This document shows, piece after piece, positions 60,444-64,000 of a stretch of 64,000 nucleotides of DNA (position 1 is the stretch's first letter; each line of letters opens with the position of its first letter). A program made the translations under genes and the position numbers. The notes beneath the pieces were generated by a model, which saw nothing but the letters and a program-made list of their open reading frames with translations, searched no databases and had not been told where the DNA came from. Source of the stretch: Pseudogymnoascus verrucosus (Eukaryota); NCBI GenBank assembly GCA_001662655.1, contig KV460255.1, one strand, 5' to 3'.

Positions 60444-60970
60444 CAACAACTACCAAAAATGATTATCACTGTCAACCACGTGATGGTATAGTTAGTCCCC
60501 TACATACAAACCAAAATGATGTTCGCTGTCAACCACGTGATTGCCTCGTTGATTTTCCAAACTATATCACGTGACCACTCCATCCCTCCCCTCCCGCCAG
60601 ATCTGAGATTCGTGGCTGTGTTTTATCTGTTCTGTGGCTTGTGTTGTCATCTCTCCTCCCTCTCCCCTCTCCTCACCCCTCCCCTCCGGTCCTCCTCTCC
60701 CACTATGCTATCCTCCCACTATCCCCCATCCCAACCCAACCAATCGTAACCCCCCATAAAAACGCGCAACACCCTCCTCCCAAAGCAGTCTAGTCCAGTC
60801 CCGTAGTCCCGATGTGCACCAGGATGCAGCTTTCCCTTCTTTCCCTTCCCTTCCCTTCCCCCATCCATCGGCCGCACCGCAGACGCACGAGCCACCCGAC
60901 CACTAACCAACCAGTAAGAGGGGAGGAAGGGGCATGACGTCGACTCTTCATCATTGGGAGTAGTGGGGGA

Positions 60971-61070
60971 TAACCCAGCTAACCAGATAATAACCAGCTA
61001 ACCAGCTAATATCCAGCTAACCAGCTAATAACCCAGCTAACCAGATAACAAGCTAACCAGCTAAACCAGC
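60971..61070. repeat. Tandem repeat of an ~8-bp unit (TAACCAGC)
   Basis: About 11 degenerate copies: taacccagc taaccaga taa taaccagc taaccagc... Confidence 0.85.
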
Positions 61071-61947
61071 CATCATCGATAAACTGTTACCCATAACTGT
61101 TAGTGAGGAAGTTAAGTCACTTTCCGCCCTATTCTGTACCAAGGTTTGTATCTTTTCCATCACTTTGTCCCATACATATCCCATCCTGTCCCTCCCTCCC
61201 ACCCCTCTTCAGCCCATCGGCCATCTCCTACCCACACCCCTCTAACCCCTCTAACCCCCCAATTCGACCACTCCAGCCCCCCCCCAAACTAGCACCAAAG
61301 TACGTGCTCAACCTGCCCCGGTACAGCTGATATGCATGTGCTAAAGTGCTTGTCTGCATGTACTTTCTCCTACATTCGCACCCCCTCCTCCTTCTCTGAT
61401 CTTCTACTACTCTACTATACATAACTCATTCCTGCCACTAACCCGGACAATCTCCCTCTCCCCCACCATGACAGACAGCTGGATGCGGTACCCTAGCCTG
61501 CTTTGTCCCCTAGCCAGCGGCGCTGCTCCCCTTTCTCCTTGCTTCTCCGAGAGAACCAACAATCCCATACACGGGATATGGGGGTTAAGGGTTAGAGGGG
61601 GGTGTAGAGGGAGTGGTAGGAGAGGGGGAGGAGGGAGACGCAATCAAATCAGGGCCCAACGAAAGTTTATATGGGGAAAACCCACCCACCTATCTAAGTT
61701 AGCTATGATGTTACCGGGTTGACGCCGTGCCCCTCCATCCCATCCTATCTCTCTCTAGCCATAGCCCATAGCCATAGCCACAGCCACAAGCATGTTTGCC
61801 TAGTATATAACCCCCTTCCCCCCCCCCCTTCCACATAGCCTTCTTCTCTTCTTTCTCTCTTGTTGCAACGTATACATACATTCATTACACACTCTCTCTC
61901 ACAATACCCAACAACACATACACCCCCCCACACACCTACCCGCTACA

Positions 61948-62358
61948 ATGGATTTCCTCAAGAAGGCCGCTGGAGAGCTCCAGGGCAACAAGAACGCTGC
62001 TGCTGGTGGTTCCGCCCCGGCTGCTACTGATGGATCAGCACCCGCTGCTGGTGCGTCTACTGGACAGCAACAGGATTACGGAGATAAGGGTATGTCTTTC
62101 CTTCCTTCCCTTCCTTCCCTACCCTCCTTTCTTTCCCTACCTTCTTCTAGAGGTGTGGTGATGGGTGGGAATGGACAAAAAAAATCAGAAGATAAGAAAG
62201 AGGAAAGAGACTAACAGACAAAAACAGCTTTCGCAGCCATCTCCCAGAAGACCGGCCACACCTTCTCCGCCGACCAGAGCGAGAAGATCACTGATGGCCT
62301 CCGTGGCGCATACGAGAAGGCGACGGGGAACAAGGTTGATCCTAAGTACTCCAACTAG
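61948..62358 (+). CDS. Small hydrophilic 90-aa fungal protein (stress/hydrophilin-like)
   Basis: TATATAA ~61804, CA-rich leader, intron 62090-62227. Spliced QQQDYGDKAFAAISQKTGHTFSADQSEKITDGLRGAYEKATGNKVDPKYSN; strongly biased codons. Confidence 0.82.
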
Positions 62359-62735
62359 AGCGTGAGGGATGACGATACCCGAGGGTTGTGTTGATGGATA
62401 TGGATATGGGTGTTATGGGATGATGATGATCCATGGGTCTTTGTTTTGAGATTTATGATGATATAGCAATGACAATCACTCTTTTTGAGGTTATACTTGT
62501 TTTGAGATGTGTAGATGTGTGATTTAAGTCTTCAGAAGGTTGCATTCTGTAATGGCGTGGTCCTTTCTCTAGTTGCGCTATTATCTGGGATAGAGCAACT
62601 CTTTAACTAACTTAACGTACGTCGTACGTTCACATCACGCCTACTGAGAACAAACTTCAAACCTCCAAATCCAACTTCCACTACCACCCACATCCACGTC
62701 AAAATCCCCACACACTCATCAATAAGAAAAGAAGA

Positions 62736-63118
62736 ATGGAGCCTATCCCACCTATTATCAAGTTCGCGCCTGCTATTCCGTTTCCAGACCCCTTCGTGCC
62801 TGAGAGGAGAATCAAGCAACTCCGCCACTACCTCGCCGAGGCAAATACAAATGATTCCATCCCCCTAGCAGGGCAACAATCAAATATCCTCGCCGCGATA
62901 AAATCATACGAAGAAGGTGTGATAGATGGGAGTCAAGGAGTGAAGACGTTTTTCGTCAATGGAAAGATCGTTTCTAAGGATGAGGCGTATAAGGGATATG
63001 GACGTGTGTGGATCGAGGTAGGTGGTTTGATATATTTGATATATTTTGTTTGGGGTTTGGGTTTGATGGTGACGGTGGCTGATTGTTTGAGAAGGAGGGG
63101 GTGGGTTATCAGATGTGA
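62736..63118 (+). CDS. Hypothetical small protein (~100 aa)
   Basis: Exon 62736-63017, donor GTAGGT, branch GCTGAT, acceptor 63094, terminal exon 63095-63118 (alternative 63141-63164). Confidence 0.55.
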
Positions 63119-63454
63119 GTAGGACTGATTGTTTGAGAAGCAGTGGGTTGTTCGGCAGATGTGAGGAGATGTACTGGGATATTTTTCGGGGGGGTACATT
63201 TTGAGAGACTTGAGAGAGGGGATGAGGGATGGGGCTTACGGTTACTAGGGATTGTGGTTGAAAAGTGATGCCTACACCTCGTTACAGAGCACGATTCTCC
63301 CCCTTGAAATGCTGGCAGTCTAGCCTCGTCCCTATCGACAATAGCGTCTGTCTCGTTCTTAGGAAGTCTATAGGATATGTTAGAAGTGTGTCGAGCGCCC
63401 ATCGTTAATACGATGTTAGGAAACTCTAGAGGGTAGGAACAGGCTTTAGAGGCT

Positions 63455-63662
63455 TGGGAAGGAAAGAACGATGGTAGGTAACTTGAGAGGGAAAGAACGA
63501 TGGCTAGGAAGTTAGAAAGGAAAGAACGATGGGACGGAACTCAAGAGGGAAAGAACGATGACAAGGAAAGAACGATGGCCTAGAACTAAGAAAAGAAAGA
63601 ACGATAGCTAGGAACTTAAGAGGGAAAGAACGATGGCCTGGAACTAAGAAAGGCAAGAACTA
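63455..63662. repeat. Minisatellite, ~29-bp unit with core GAAAGAACGAT
   Basis: Core near 63462, 63491, 63520, 63549, 63566, 63595, 63624 and a partial copy ~63653; the intervening parts are similar to each other (GG.(T)AGGAACT(T)AAGA). Confidence 0.9.
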
Positions 63663-63782
63663 ACTCTGTTAATGCCGATTATCAAAGACCCAGGTAAGAC
63701 CTACCTATCCCCAAAGTCCCAAGCACATTCTAACCGGCCGAAAACAGTAAGACTAATATCTCTAGACCTAGATCTCCTCACC

Positions 63783-64000
63783 ATGTCTGGAAAATTCGTC
63801 GCCCAAGAGCTAGTCCTCACCCTCCTCGACGCTGGACCCCTCACCCCCCTCAGTTTCCTCGTCTTAGCTGAGCCCTTCGGCTTCGTTGGAATTATGGTAT
63901 ATTTTGGTATATGGATGGATGTGATGGGAACTGTGGTGCCGGTGATTTGTGTGTCCTATTGGTATTTAGGGTGACTGTGGCTTGGGGAAGATGATATAAC
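63783..64000 (+). CDS. Possible 5' end of a gene, truncated by the window
   Basis: CACCATGTCT start context, C-rich codons to 63896, then a GTATAT donor-like site and T/G-rich intron-like sequence. Confidence 0.35.

Noticed and set aside
60971..61070. Telomere-like or telomerase-template repeat
   Set aside because: The unit is TAACCAGC, not TAACCC; treated as an ordinary tandem repeat.
63455..63662. CRISPR-like array
   Set aside because: Eukaryotic locus, the core is only ~11 bp, the 'spacers' resemble each other, and there are no cas genes.

Overview
Gene-dense 64 kb of a filamentous ascomycete (Pezizomycotina) nuclear chromosome, judged from short GT-AG introns with CTAAC/CTGAC branch points and the gene content; a Leotiomycete such as Pseudogymnoascus is a guess. 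About 28 protein-coding genes were reconstructed by hand. Most are housekeeping: Ubp2, complex I 21.3 kDa subunit, TBCC, Med9, iPGM, eIF3k, Spt10, RasGAP, Rrp6, Mdm35, Gpi1, Cct7, a DNA ligase I paralog, Tip20, Cox20, Pol2, Nmt1/Thi5 and ApsB. The rest are small metabolic or accessory genes. Three elements are missed by the ORF track. (1) A three-exon, 92-aa membrane-protein ORF stops 16 nt before the GPI1 ATG, suggesting a bicistronic mRNA. (2) A box C/D snoRNA lies in the eIF3k intron, clamped by a 15-bp external stem, with an 18S-complementary guide. (3) A complete TPP riboswitch/alternative-splicing/uORF cassette sits in the NMT1 5' UTR. Also seen: a GC-AG intron, an in-frame stop-free intron, duplicated terminal exons, a 5' C-rich to 3' G-rich skew flip inside several genes, and minisatellites. 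No tRNA, rRNA, CRISPR or intact transposon was found. All calls come from reading the sequence; no searches were run.
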